This document shows positions 36,530 through 46,803 of a stretch of DNA of 64,000 nucleotides, in pieces. Source of the DNA: an uncultured Lachnospiraceae bacterium (lineage in GTDB: Bacteria > Bacillota > Clostridia > Lachnospirales > Lachnospiraceae); assembly GCA_947626475.1 (NCBI GenBank), contig CANQSK010000002.1:5115-69114 (forward strand), read 5' to 3'. Within the stretch, counting starts at the first letter, position 1. Each line of letters starts with the position of its first letter. The notes beneath the pieces were generated by a model, which did no database searches, was not told where the DNA came from, and saw only the letters and a program-made list of their open reading frames with translations. Made by a program: the position numbers and the translations under genes.

Positions 36530-37639
36530 CTACTCCAGTATAATATCGCATATCATATCCACAATTTCCGGCTCCAGATCCGCGTAAAGGGGCAGAGTCA
36601 GCACCTGACGGGAAATCTTCGCCGCCACCGGCGTATCCGCCTCGCTGAAGCGGTCCCGGTAACAGTCATAATTGTTGACGCAGGGGTAAAAATATTTCCT
36701 GGCATGGATATCACAGGAGGCCAGCTCCGCAAATATCTGATCCCGGTCCTTCCTGTACCCGTCAAAAACCACCGGCATATACGCGTAATTGTAGCGGATC
36801 CGCGGATTTTCCCGGCACAGCCGGATTCCCTTTACTCCCTCCAGGCGCTGCCGGTACCGCGCGGCCAGGGCTTTGCGCTTTTCGATCTCCCTGTCCACAT
36901 AGCGCAGGTTGCAGAGCCCCATAGCCGCCTGAAATTCATTCATCTTGCCGTTGGCTCCCACGGCATCCACTTTTTCATAATCCGTGATTCCGAAATTCTT
37001 AAGCTCGTACAGCGCCGGAGCCAGGGAGGGATCCCGAAACGCCACGGCCCCTCCTTCTATGCTGTGAAATACCTTTGTGGCATGGAAGCTGAACATGGAC
37101 GCGTCGCCGAAGGTTCCCGCGCCCTTTCCGTCCAGGGTCTCCCCAAAAGCGTGGGCCGCGTCATAGATCACCTTAAGGCCGTGCCGCCCCGCGATCTCCT
37201 CAATGCGTTCCATGTCGCAGAGATTTCCATATACATGAACCGGCACGATGGCGGATGTCCTGTCCGTGATCAGAGCCTCCAGCTTGTCCGCGTCCATTGT
37301 ATAGTCCTCAGGATCAATGTCGCAGAATACGGGAGTCAGCCCGTTGCGTACAATGGCATGAGTGGTCGACGCAAAGGTAAACGGGGTCGTGATCACCTCG
37401 CCGCTGAGATTCATGGCCTGGAGCGTCAGCTCCAGGGCCATGTGGCCGTTGACGAACAGCTCCAGGCTGGACACACCCAGATATTCTTTTATCCGCGCCG
37501 CAAACTGCTTATGATACTGCCCCATATTGGTAAGCCACGCGCTGTCCCACAGGGGCTTTAACATCTCTGCGTACTCCTCAAGGGGCGGCAGAGACGACCT
37601 GGTTACCAGCACGGGATGGTCCGGTTTTTCTCTCTTCAT
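36530..37639 (-). CDS. DegT/DnrJ/EryC1/StrS sugar aminotransferase, VioA-like
   Basis: VTRSSLPPLEEY, WLTNMG, IYDAAHAFG, FSFHATKVFHSIEGG and GANGKMNEFQA motifs. Confidence 0.85.
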   Translation of the reverse strand: MKREKPDHPVLVTRSSLPPLEEYAEMLKPLWDSAWLTNMGQYHKQFAARIKEYLGVSSLELFVNGHMALELTLQAMNLSGEVITTPFTFASTTHAIVRNGLTPVFCDIDPEDYTMDADKLEALITDRTSAIVPVHVYGNLCDMERIEEIAGRHGLKVIYDAAHAFGETLDGKGAGTFGDASMFSFHATKVFHSIEGGAVAFRDPSLAPALYELKNFGITDYEKVDAVGANGKMNEFQAAMGLCNLRYVDREIEKRKALAARYRQRLEGVKGIRLCRENPRIRYNYAYMPVVFDGYRKDRDQIFAELASCDIHARKYFYPCVNNYDCYRDRFSEADTPVAAKISRQVLTLPLYADLEPEIVDMICDIILE

Positions 37640-37643
37640 ATCG

Positions 37644-38657
37644 CTACCTCATATCCTGGGGTTCCGTCCTGGTGCGGTACTCCGTATATCGTTTGACCAG
37701 ATACTGATTCTTTATCACTCCCGGCTCGTCCAGCCTCTCCCCCGTAAAACACCGCATATGGTTTCCCACCATATCGTAACCGGCCATACAGGAGAACGCC
37801 ACTCCGCCGGAGAATCTGGGATTGCATTCCAGAAAATACCAGCTGCCTTCCCTCTCCTCAATAAATTCAAAATTCACACAGCCGCAGATATCCAGGCTGA
37901 CCGCCAGTTCCCTGCAGATGGTCTCCAGCGCCTCGTCCCTGAATACATAGACCGAGGTCCCGGCTCCGTTGGGGGTCCTGAGAAGTTCCCGCCGGGGAAG
38001 ACAGACCACCTGGCCGGTCTTTGGACTCCTCACGATGTCCGCCGTGATCACGCAGCCGGAAATCCTTGGCTGGACCAGGTAAGAATCCGCAGACGCCTCC
38101 AGGCTCTCCGCGGCCCTCCGCATCTGGTCCGCGTCCTCCGCCACAGTAAGTCCCTGGCTGCTGCGGCCTCCGGCCGGTTTCAGCACCAGCGGATAAGAAA
38201 GCAGCTCATATCCGGTATCAGCCTCGTCCCGGATCACTTCCCTTAACCCTCTGGTGGGGATTGCCCTTACGGCGCCCTTCCCCTCAAGGAATTTCGCGAG
38301 TTCTCCCTTGTCACGGCACAGACTGACCGTATCCGCCGGAGACAGGCAGACCTGCAGGCCCAGACTGCCGGCTGCCCAGTCCCGCCAGCCGTTGACCGCG
38401 TCAACCTCCACATCCGTCAACGGAACCAGATACTCCACCTGATTCTCCCGGCATACCTGCTCAAGAAACGCCAGATACGCCTCTCTGTCCGCAGCGAGAG
38501 GCGCCCGGAAAAACCGATCCACCTCCATGGAAGCCACGATCCACTCTGCCGGGTAGATATCGCAGCCCAGCACACAATATCCCATTTCTTTATATCTTCG
38601 GATGACCGCCTCCGCCGAGAATGAACCGACGGCAGTCACCAGCACTGTATTCTTCAT
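37644..38657 (-). CDS. ATP-grasp domain protein (carbamoyl-phosphate-synthase-like)
   Basis: LVLKPAGGRSSQG, YLVQPRISG and FLECNPRFSGG ATP-grasp motifs. Confidence 0.8.
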   Translation of the reverse strand: MKNTVLVTAVGSFSAEAVIRRYKEMGYCVLGCDIYPAEWIVASMEVDRFFRAPLAADREAYLAFLEQVCRENQVEYLVPLTDVEVDAVNGWRDWAAGSLGLQVCLSPADTVSLCRDKGELAKFLEGKGAVRAIPTRGLREVIRDEADTGYELLSYPLVLKPAGGRSSQGLTVAEDADQMRRAAESLEASADSYLVQPRISGCVITADIVRSPKTGQVVCLPRRELLRTPNGAGTSVYVFRDEALETICRELAVSLDICGCVNFEFIEEREGSWYFLECNPRFSGGVAFSCMAGYDMVGNHMRCFTGERLDEPGVIKNQYLVKRYTEYRTRTEPQDMR

Positions 38658-38681
38658 GAAGACGCTCCTCCAACCTGTCCC

Positions 38682-39668
38682 TTACCTCTGTCCCAGATGA
38701 TACAGACGGAACAAAAAACCGTAAAATCCCGGCATTTCTGCCTCCAGCCGGATAAAAAATCTGGTCCTGAGACTCAGCTCCCGGTAAAACATCCTGTATT
38801 TCCCGGATAAGACCACTTTGTAGTCTTTGCTGTTGACCTTTGTCAGAAAATAAATCCGCCGGACGGCTCTTAAGACGGTCTCATGGAATCTTCCCTCCGT
38901 CATCCTGTCAAATCCCCGGTACATCTCCTTCATCTGAAGATAATACCTTCGGGATTTTTCATCCCGGTCCCCCTTCTTCTGAAGCTCAGTCCAGGAATAA
39001 GAGCCTCCCAGCCGGTAAACGCACATGGGTTTGTCCATATAATAGGCCCAGCCCCGGGCCGCGGCCAGCAGCTGCAGGGGAATATCCGCAATCGGCGCTT
39101 TCTCATAGAAATCCGGCAGTTCCCTTACCATATCGGTCCGGAACATTAAAGACGCAGTAGGATAGCCGGATGTCTTGTCAATAATCTCCTCCGGAGAAAT
39201 CCTCCTGCTTCTCCGGTAAGGCCGCATCCGGCTCTCCGTAAAGGCTCTTCCTTCTGTCTTAATCCTCGCGCTGTGAAACACCAGGGAACAGTCGGGATGG
39301 GCCTCCATAAAATCCACCTGCTTCTGGAGCTTCCGGGGATCCGTCCAGTAATCGTCCCCCTCGCACATAGCGATATATCGCCCTGCCGCCCTGGGAAAAT
39401 TGTAGGTTCCGCTGATATTGGTAAAGCCACGGGAATATTGATTTTCCTTCTGAAAAATCGGTTTTATCACATCGGGATACCGGTCCGCGTACTGGCGGAT
39501 GATCTCCGCCGTCCGGTCTGTGGAAGCGTCATCGTGGATCAGCACCTCATAGGCAAACGACGTCTTCTGACTCAGAAAGCCGTCAAGGGCTTTCCGAATA
39601 TACGGCTCCTGATTGTAAGTAATGCAGCAGATGCTGACCATGACCGGTTTTTCGCCCAGGGATGCCAT
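38682..39668 (-). CDS. GT2 glycosyltransferase
   Basis: VSICCITYNQEPYI, LIHDDASTD and YIAMCEGDDYW motifs. Confidence 0.88.
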   Translation of the reverse strand: MASLGEKPVMVSICCITYNQEPYIRKALDGFLSQKTSFAYEVLIHDDASTDRTAEIIRQYADRYPDVIKPIFQKENQYSRGFTNISGTYNFPRAAGRYIAMCEGDDYWTDPRKLQKQVDFMEAHPDCSLVFHSARIKTEGRAFTESRMRPYRRSRRISPEEIIDKTSGYPTASLMFRTDMVRELPDFYEKAPIADIPLQLLAAARGWAYYMDKPMCVYRLGGSYSWTELQKKGDRDEKSRRYYLQMKEMYRGFDRMTEGRFHETVLRAVRRIYFLTKVNSKDYKVVLSGKYRMFYRELSLRTRFFIRLEAEMPGFYGFLFRLYHLGQR

Positions 39669-39742
39669 AGATTTCCTCGCTTTCCTAATTATTACATGAA
39701 TTTCTTACATTCTTTGTTCTATCTTTTTTCATTTTGCTTACA

Positions 39743-39771
39743 ATTTTACCATGTGAGCGGAAAAAAGTAAA
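39743..39771 (-). promoter_or_regulatory. Putative promoter of the first glycan cluster
   Basis: Minus strand TTTACT, 17-bp spacer, TAAAAT with an extended -10 TG. Confidence 0.45.
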
Positions 39772-39840
39772 TTACATATGGTATTTTCTCTTCAAATGTG
39801 GTAAATTATAGACTGTATACCAGAAGAGGAGGATTTTTCT

Positions 39841-41322
39841 ATGCGTAAACTATTTAGAGCCGTTTTTGCCTCGGCTCTTACCGCCGCAGTGCTGGTAAGT
39901 CAGGCAGCAACGGTTTGGGCAACTGAACCGGATTATTCCGGCGGTCCGGGCGTGTATGTGCCCCCGGAAACTCCGGCCGAGGAGGAAACCGTAACAGAAA
40001 ATCCCGTAGAACCGCTCCCTTTAAACGTAGCAGCCGACGTCCAGGCAAGAATTGACTCTACCACACTCTCTCTGACTCTGCTTAGACCCGACCTTACGCT
40101 GACAGATCCCATATATGTAGGACCCGAGGGCTCATCTGTCTCTGTTGAGCAGGGATTTATGTCCATATCCATATTTAACGGCTCCCTGCCCGGAGACGTT
40201 CTTTACCGCGTCTACAGCTCGGCAACCGGCTGGACCAGATGGTACATGAACGGCGAACGGACTCCCTGGGACAGCGGAGCTCTGATCGAAGCGATCCAGA
40301 TCCGGCTGAACGGCGTAATCAATGATTACTATGATATCAGCTACGCGGCGACTCTGTCCGACGGCACCGTCTGCGGATTATCCTACAACGGCGACACCAA
40401 CGGCACCATGGGCACAGGCCAGTATATCACCGGCCTTCAGTTCTATCTGACCCGGAAGGGCGTCCGCACTGCCAACAAGAACAACGACCGGGTCGCATCC
40501 GCCACTTCCTTTGACGGTATCCAGTTCGGCGAGGGACTTCCTACATATGTGAGCGGCACAGGCGCCGCCTTCACCGGCTGGGCCTGGAACGGCAACGACC
40601 GCTACTATTTTATAGACAATAATGCGGTAACCGGCTGGCAGTACATCGACGGTTACAAGTATTATTTCGATGAGAGCGGCAGGCTGGTGACCGATCTGGA
40701 ACCGATTCTCGGCGCGGGAGGGCCTTTCCTGATCAAGATCAACAAACAGATGAACTGCACTACCGTATACGTTCAGGACGGCGGCAACGGATTTATCATC
40801 CCGCTGAAGAGCTTCCTGTGCTCCACCGGCGATGACACTCCGATCGGCACCTTCCATACTCCTGAAAAGTTCCGCTGGCACCTGATGATCCACGGTGTAT
40901 ATTGTCAGTACCTGACCCGCTTAGGTTCCGGACTTCACATCCTGCTGCATTCCGCCGTTTATGACGCGCCCAGCTACAACGCGCTGCAGACCGATACCTA
41001 CAACTACATGGGAATCGCCCGCTCCGCCGGCTGTATCCGCTTCATAGCCAGGGACTGCAAGTGGATTTATGACAATTGTCCCCTGGGCACCACGATTCAG
41101 GTTTACAATTCCGCGATCCCCGGTCCTTATGAGAGACCCTGCGTACCGGAATTGATCTCCCTGTCTCAGACCTGGGATCCCACCGATCCTGAGGCGATCG
41201 CCGTGAACCAGGCTGCTGAAGCAGCCGCCGCGCAGGCCGCAGCAGCTGCGGCTGCCGCTGAAGCCGCTGCCGCGCTTGAGACCGACGAAGTCCCGCCTGA
41301 CTCCGAATTCTGGTCCGCTTAA
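39841..41322 (+). CDS. L,D-transpeptidase (YkuD) with degenerate ChW-like repeats and cell-wall-binding repeats
   Basis: Signal peptide; GWTRW...IEAIQIRL (ChW-like); TGWQYIDGYKYYFD repeats; CSTGDDTPIGTF, LLHS and SAGCIR (His/Cys catalytic); Ala-rich tail. Confidence 0.85.
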   Translation: MRKLFRAVFASALTAAVLVSQAATVWATEPDYSGGPGVYVPPETPAEEETVTENPVEPLPLNVAADVQARIDSTTLSLTLLRPDLTLTDPIYVGPEGSSVSVEQGFMSISIFNGSLPGDVLYRVYSSATGWTRWYMNGERTPWDSGALIEAIQIRLNGVINDYYDISYAATLSDGTVCGLSYNGDTNGTMGTGQYITGLQFYLTRKGVRTANKNNDRVASATSFDGIQFGEGLPTYVSGTGAAFTGWAWNGNDRYYFIDNNAVTGWQYIDGYKYYFDESGRLVTDLEPILGAGGPFLIKINKQMNCTTVYVQDGGNGFIIPLKSFLCSTGDDTPIGTFHTPEKFRWHLMIHGVYCQYLTRLGSGLHILLHSAVYDAPSYNALQTDTYNYMGIARSAGCIRFIARDCKWIYDNCPLGTTIQVYNSAIPGPYERPCVPELISLSQTWDPTDPEAIAVNQAAEAAAAQAAAAAAAAEAAAALETDEVPPDSEFWSA

Positions 41323-41338
41323 GCTTTTGCAAAAAGAC

Positions 41339-41376
41339 AAAGGCGCTTATCCTGAGAGATCGGGACAAGCGCCTTT
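41339..41376. terminator. Bidirectional terminator between ldt and wzx
   Basis: AAAGGCGCTT...AAGCGCCTTT arms with an inner TCCTGA-GAGA-TCGGGA stem; A-rich left flank and T-rich right flank. Confidence 0.75.
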
Positions 41377-41388
41377 CCTATTCATTTT

Positions 41389-42828
41389 TTATCTGTTTTT
41401 CACCGTTCCTATAAGATACCGGAAGCTTTCCACCCGGAAAACCCACGCCAGACCCATATAGATGATCACGCCTGCCAGAATCTGAATCCCCAGCTTCAGC
41501 CACACGCCGCCGGGAAGAACAAACTGCAGCTCATATACGCACAGGCACATAACTGCCGAGAGCAGGACGGACGGGGCGATATCTCTCAGCTGGCTGCCCA
41601 CGCTGTATCCCAGAAGCTTTTTATTCGGCCAGGCATTGACAAACACGCACAGGAAATCCACAGCCGCCTTGATCGACACCAGAACCACCGGGCTGTATCG
41701 GATTCCGATCACCAGTCCGGCAATCCCCAGCGCCTTCTTGATGATCTCCAGTCTGAGGAAAATATCGCTGCGGCCCACCGCGTTGATGGCCTGCAGGTTA
41801 GTGATATGGATGGGATAAAACGCGTAAGCCACGCACATGATCCGCAGATAAGGGACGCAGACCAGCCATTTCTCTCCCAAAAGGGCCAGAACCAGCGTAT
41901 TCGCCACAGCGATCAGGCCGAACAGCATGGGCAGGACCAGAAAGGAACTGGTGCGGATCGCCCGGCTGGTCATGCTCTTCACCAGCCCCCTGTCCTCCTG
42001 GCGGGAGGAAAAGGCCGGCAAAAGCACCGCCTGAATCGCCGCGCTTAAGTTGGTAACGATCAGTTTGGGGAACTGATCGCCGCGGTTGTACGCTCCCAGC
42101 ATCGCGTCATTGTAGATCTTTCCCATGATCAGTCCGTACAGATTGGTAAAAACCGTATCGATCAGGGACGCCGTCAGAAGCTTCCAGCCGAAAGACAGCA
42201 TCTGCCGTATCCGGCTCAGAGAAAACAGCCGTCTGGGCCTCCAGCTCACATGGAAAAACAGGCTGACCATCAGAGTCACATAATAAACCATCTGCTGGCC
42301 TACCATGGCCCAGACGCCGTATCCGGTATAGGCCATGGTGATGCTGACGGCGCCGGAAACCGCCGCCGCCGACATGGTCGCCAAAAACAGGCCCCGAAAC
42401 TCCATCCTTCTGGAGACATAAGCCGTCTGAATGGAGATCACCGCGCCCGGAAACAGCACCAGCCCCAGAATCCGGACAATCCGCCCCAACAGGGGATTGC
42501 CGTAGAACCGGCCGATCGCCGGGGCCGCCAGATAAAGAAGGGCGTACATAACCGCCGCCGCCGCCAGGCTGAAATAGAACACCGACGAAAAATCCGTCTC
42601 GTCGGAATCTTTCTTCTGGACCAGGGCGACACTGAAGCCGTTCTGAACGATCACGTTGGCTATGATGATGAAGATCATGATGATCCCCACCTGACCGTAC
42701 TCCGCCGGGCTTAACAGGCGGGCCAGAATAACGGCGACCACAAACTGAAGCCCCTGGGAACCTCCGTTCTCCAGGATCTTCCAGAAAAGGCCTTTGATTA
42801 TCTTACTTTTCATTCCCGCATCTGTCAA
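41389..42828 (-). CDS. wzx: Wzx (PST family) polysaccharide flippase
   Basis: LQFVVAVILARLLSPAEYG, ALVQKK and FGWKLLTASLIDTVFTN motifs. Confidence 0.85.
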   Translation of the reverse strand: MTDAGMKSKIIKGLFWKILENGGSQGLQFVVAVILARLLSPAEYGQVGIIMIFIIIANVIVQNGFSVALVQKKDSDETDFSSVFYFSLAAAAVMYALLYLAAPAIGRFYGNPLLGRIVRILGLVLFPGAVISIQTAYVSRRMEFRGLFLATMSAAAVSGAVSITMAYTGYGVWAMVGQQMVYYVTLMVSLFFHVSWRPRRLFSLSRIRQMLSFGWKLLTASLIDTVFTNLYGLIMGKIYNDAMLGAYNRGDQFPKLIVTNLSAAIQAVLLPAFSSRQEDRGLVKSMTSRAIRTSSFLVLPMLFGLIAVANTLVLALLGEKWLVCVPYLRIMCVAYAFYPIHITNLQAINAVGRSDIFLRLEIIKKALGIAGLVIGIRYSPVVLVSIKAAVDFLCVFVNAWPNKKLLGYSVGSQLRDIAPSVLLSAVMCLCVYELQFVLPGGVWLKLGIQILAGVIIYMGLAWVFRVESFRYLIGTVKNR

Positions 42829-43718
42829 AGTTCATTCTCCCGCCCTTTTTCATATAATTTCCCAAACAGGGCCGCTCCATAGTCCTCCAGAAGGATTCCC
42901 CCAAACCACAGTCTCGCAAGGACCTCCTGCCAGGCATGGATTGAAAGATAATGCTTCATATAATACAGGGTACTCTGATTGCGCAGCTTCTGCCTGGCGA
43001 TCAGGGTATCATAGGTTTTGCCGATGGAAACCGAATGCTCATGCCGGTACCGCTGATTCAGAAGAAGCACCGTCCTGTATCCGCTGCCGCGCATCCTCTG
43101 TCCAAGGACCGCCTCCTCCTGATAAAGGAATATCCCCTCGTCATATCCGCCGCAGTCACAAAACGCCTTTCCATTCACCATCAGCATGGAGCCGTGAACC
43201 GCGTCGACATAAACTGCCTTCCGGCCTCGGAAATAGCTTTTGGGATACGTCAGAAAACGGCCCAGCAGCCTCCGGCTGACCGGTCCCATATTCAGGAGTT
43301 CCCCGGCAAAACCATGGAGCCTCCAGCCATTCATCCGGCCTCCGTACACCGCGTCCTCCATAACCGCGGATATCACTCCCACTCCGGGGCGTTCTTCCAG
43401 TATCCGCGCCATCTGCCGGACGCACGGCTCTGAAAAGGTTACGTCCGGATTCGCGATCAGAACCTGCTCAGCTCCCAATTTCTCTATGCTGTAGCGGACG
43501 CCCAGGTTGTTTCCCGCTCCGTACCCGCCGTTCTTCTCCGAACAGAGCACAGTCACTTTATCATCCTGCAGCTCGGACAGGCGCTCACAGGAATCATCCG
43601 TCGAAGCGTTATCCACCAAAACGATATGTCCGATCGTCCTGTAGTCATGGATCCGCTTCGCCAGATTCCAGGTTGTACGCCAGTCATTGTAGTTTAGGAT
43701 CACACAGCAGACATTCAT
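42825..43718 (-). CDS. GT2 glycosyltransferase
   Basis: VILNYND, LVDNASTD, NGGYGAGNN, IANPDV and FLYQEE motifs. Confidence 0.85.
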   Translation of the reverse strand: MNVCCVILNYNDWRTTWNLAKRIHDYRTIGHIVLVDNASTDDSCERLSELQDDKVTVLCSEKNGGYGAGNNLGVRYSIEKLGAEQVLIANPDVTFSEPCVRQMARILEERPGVGVISAVMEDAVYGGRMNGWRLHGFAGELLNMGPVSRRLLGRFLTYPKSYFRGRKAVYVDAVHGSMLMVNGKAFCDCGGYDEGIFLYQEEAVLGQRMRGSGYRTVLLLNQRYRHEHSVSIGKTYDTLIARQKLRNQSTLYYMKHYLSIHAWQEVLARLWFGGILLEDYGAALFGKLYEKGRENEL

Positions 43719-43739
43719 AAAATAAGCGCTTCCTTTCTG

Positions 43740-44702
43740 TCATCTCCTGAAGGACGGGATCGTAAGACACTGGGCCCAGGTCTGAATCGGCGAACTTTTG
43801 TAAAAATGATTGCGGGCAATGTTGCGGGCCCGCCCCGCCGGCGACTGAAGGGGCAGCGCCAGGTACGCGGACAGAACCATCTTCTGACCGTCGCTGAGGC
43901 GGTCGTGATACGTATGGGCGAAAGCCCTGGCCTGGGCAAACATCCGCCTGTAGTTCTCCCTCACCCCGGCTCCCCGCTTCATCCTGTCCCTTAAATCCTC
44001 CCACCCGCCGGTTTTTCTGGCTCCCAGCTGATTGGAGCCGTGCTGGCGGTAACTGTATAAGGGCTCGTCCACCCACCCGATGGTCCCGAAGCAGGTCGCG
44101 CAGAGGGCGATCCACCAATCGTGCATGTAACAGTCCGCGGGCACGGTCTGCACCTGACGAAGAAGCGCCCGGTTCATCATCAGGGAACCGCCGGTCACAG
44201 GATTCTCCACCAGGATCTGCGACAGCCCGACCCGGCCGGGATCGCTGTGACTGTATTTCACAAAGCTGGGAGAAATCATCCGCAGATTCCGGTCCGTCAC
44301 CTCCATATCGGAAAAAGTCAGCGCCGGGATCTCCTCCAGCTCGATTTCTTTCATTTTTCCAAGAAGCTTTTCCGTCTTATCCGGCCTCCACACATCATCC
44401 TGGTCGCTGAGCAGCACATAATCCGCATCCGCCTGGGACAGCAGCCAGAAAAAATTCATGGCCGCCGCAGGCACACGACCCGGGCGGTCCCGAAACCTTC
44501 CCCTCTTGTCCCGGTTCCTCACCCGAACGCGCTGAGGGTATTTTCGCTGGTATTCCCGCAGAATCTCCAGGGTCCCGTCGGCAGAGCCGTCATCTGACGC
44601 AAGGATACGGACATCCGGAACCGTCTGGTTCAGAATGGAATCCAACTGCTGGCCGATATAGGCCTCTCCGTTGTACGCGGCGAGCAGAACCTCCGTCTTC
44701 AT
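43740..44702 (-). CDS. GT2 glycosyltransferase (RgpB/RfbC-like)
   Basis: VLLAAYNGEAYI, SDDGSAD, LSDQDDVW, HDWW and YRQHGSN motifs. Start at 44702 overlaps the upstream stop (ATGA). Confidence 0.85.
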   Translation of the reverse strand: MKTEVLLAAYNGEAYIGQQLDSILNQTVPDVRILASDDGSADGTLEILREYQRKYPQRVRVRNRDKRGRFRDRPGRVPAAAMNFFWLLSQADADYVLLSDQDDVWRPDKTEKLLGKMKEIELEEIPALTFSDMEVTDRNLRMISPSFVKYSHSDPGRVGLSQILVENPVTGGSLMMNRALLRQVQTVPADCYMHDWWIALCATCFGTIGWVDEPLYSYRQHGSNQLGARKTGGWEDLRDRMKRGAGVRENYRRMFAQARAFAHTYHDRLSDGQKMVLSAYLALPLQSPAGRARNIARNHFYKSSPIQTWAQCLTIPSFRR

Positions 44703-45673
44703 CGTTTTCTCGCCTCCACCACTCTCATCCCAAGCATCCGGCTGAGAAGCCACCGGGCCTCCGGCCAGATTACCGTCATATAGTCCATCATATGGTAGGC
44801 AAACATGTACAGCCTGTGTCCCGGCTCTTTCGGCGTCCCGGCCCAGGGCGTCAGCGCCAGGTAATGCTCATAGGCCTTGCGGTAATGATTCATGTTCCCG
44901 GCAATCCAGGGCCGCTCATCGCCGGCATAATGAATGATTACCGGATGCCGCTTCGCCTCAATAAATTCTTCTTCCTTCACGGCTTTGTACGTGGGAACCC
45001 GGTCCGCCAGGTTCCGGTAGCCGAAGTACCGGTAATTGGGGAAGAAATTATATTTTGGGGGAAGGGGACAGATCTCGCCCTTCAGCGCCCCGTTTAATGT
45101 ATCCTGGTCGCAGGCAAACAGGCTTCCGCCCATCCTCTCGTAAAAATCAAGAAGCCTTCTCTCCGCTTTCGTCTCTCTCCAGCGCCTCAGATCGATCAAC
45201 AGCACCCCGGAATTGACGTAAAAGTCTTTTTCCGTCAGCCCGATCTGCTTCTTCACCGCTTCATAAATGGTGGGCTCCATAACCGCCCCCATGACGCAGC
45301 CTCTCAGGTCTGTCCTCCAGAGCTCCATGAGAGACTGGGCCACGATGGTATCACAGTCCAGATACAGCACCCGCTCCACAGAGGCCGGCAGAAGCCTTCC
45401 CACAAACAGCCTTCCCATGGCGCTGATGTCAAAGCCCCGGGTATCAACCTCACAGTCAAACTGCTTCTCCACGTCCTCCAGCTCCAGGAAATGAAGCTCC
45501 CGGCCGTAACTGCTCCCTATGGACTCCAGCTTTGTCCTGCTCTCCGGGCTGATTCCCATAGAGATGATATACACCGCAAGCTCTTTCGCGCGCCGGTTCC
45601 GGTCAAAAAGAGAGAGCATGGACGCGGCCAGATGCCTGGCGTAGCCGTCGTTGGACGCGTAAACAACGTTCAT
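44699..45673 (-). CDS. GT8 glycosyltransferase
   Basis: RVLYLDCDTI, YVNSGVLLIDL, DQDTLN and IIHYAG.ERPW motifs. Confidence 0.9.
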   Translation of the reverse strand: MNVVYASNDGYARHLAASMLSLFDRNRRAKELAVYIISMGISPESRTKLESIGSSYGRELHFLELEDVEKQFDCEVDTRGFDISAMGRLFVGRLLPASVERVLYLDCDTIVAQSLMELWRTDLRGCVMGAVMEPTIYEAVKKQIGLTEKDFYVNSGVLLIDLRRWRETKAERRLLDFYERMGGSLFACDQDTLNGALKGEICPLPPKYNFFPNYRYFGYRNLADRVPTYKAVKEEEFIEAKRHPVIIHYAGDERPWIAGNMNHYRKAYEHYLALTPWAGTPKEPGHRLYMFAYHMMDYMTVIWPEARWLLSRMLGMRVVEARKR

Positions 45674-45711
45674 AAGAAACCTCCCACTGTGAGATGATTA
45701 ATGACAGATTT

Positions 45712-46803
45712 TTAAAACCCTGCCCGATTCATTGCGGACTCGATCACCTTGTCCATATCATAGTACCTGTACTCGGCAAGCCGGCCGCCAAAAACAACAT
45801 TCTTTTCTCCGGCCGCCAGTTCCGCGTACCTGGCGTACAGCTTCTGGTTTTTCTCATCGTTGACGGGATAATAGGGCTCCATGCCCTCCTGCCAGTCGGC
45901 CGGATATTCCCTGGTAATTACCGTCTTAGGCTGGGTCCCGAACTCAAAATGCTTATGCTCGATAATCCGGGTATACGGCGTCTCTCTGTCCGTATAATTG
46001 ACCACGGCCACGCCCTGGAAGTTATCCGTGTCCAGAAGTTCCGACTCAAAGCGGAGGCTGCGGTACTCCAGCTTTCCGAACCGGTAGCCGTAATAGGAAT
46101 CAATGGTTCCCGTATAGACTACCGTTTCTCCCATGGCGTCATATTTCTTCCGATTCTCCAGATAATCGGTTCCCAGCTCCACATCGCAGCCCGCGAACAG
46201 CTTGTCTGTCAACACATTGTAGCCCCCGATGGGAATGCCCTGGTACAGGTCGTTAAAATAATTATTGTCGTAGGTATAGCGGACCGGCAGCCTCTTGATG
46301 ATAAAGGCGGGCAGATCCTTACAGTCCCGCCCCCACTGCTTCTCCGTATAGCCTTTTACCAGCTTTTCATAAATATCCCGGCCTACCAGACTGATCGCCT
46401 GCTCCTCCAGATTCCGCGGTTCTCCGGTGACGCTGCCCTTCTGCCGGTCGATGATAGCCTTTGCCTCCTGGGGCGTAGAAATACCCCACATCTTACTGAA
46501 GGTATTCATATTGAAGGGCATATTATACATCTCGCCCTTATAGTTGGCCACAGGACTGTTGGTATAACGGTTAAATTCCGCCAGGCTGTTGACAAAATCC
46601 CAGACCTTCCGGTTGCTGGTATGAAAAATGTGGGCGCCGTACTTGTGGACGTGGATCCCCTCCACGTCCTCACAGTAAATATTGCCGCCGAGATGGTCTC
46701 TCTTCTCCACCACCAGGCAGGTCTTCCCTTTCTGTCCGGCCAGGTAGGCCCATACTCCCGCAAACAGGCCTCCGCCCACAATCACATAATCATAGGTTTT
46801 CAT
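45712..46803 (-). CDS. glf: UDP-galactopyranose mutase
   Basis: IVGGGLFAG, HKYGAHIFHT, YQGIPIGGY, TRIIEHKHF and GGRLAEYRYYDMD motifs. Start MKTYDY at 46803. Confidence 0.95.
   Translation of the reverse strand: MKTYDYVIVGGGLFAGVWAYLAGQKGKTCLVVEKRDHLGGNIYCEDVEGIHVHKYGAHIFHTSNRKVWDFVNSLAEFNRYTNSPVANYKGEMYNMPFNMNTFSKMWGISTPQEAKAIIDRQKGSVTGEPRNLEEQAISLVGRDIYEKLVKGYTEKQWGRDCKDLPAFIIKRLPVRYTYDNNYFNDLYQGIPIGGYNVLTDKLFAGCDVELGTDYLENRKKYDAMGETVVYTGTIDSYYGYRFGKLEYRSLRFESELLDTDNFQGVAVVNYTDRETPYTRIIEHKHFEFGTQPKTVITREYPADWQEGMEPYYPVNDEKNQKLYARYAELAAGEKNVVFGGRLAEYRYYDMDKVIESAMNRAGF

Noticed and set aside
40990-41045. L,D-transpeptidase motif SAGC instead of SHGC suggesting inactivity
   Set aside because: The catalytic His (LLHS) and Cys are both present; this position varies in active family members.
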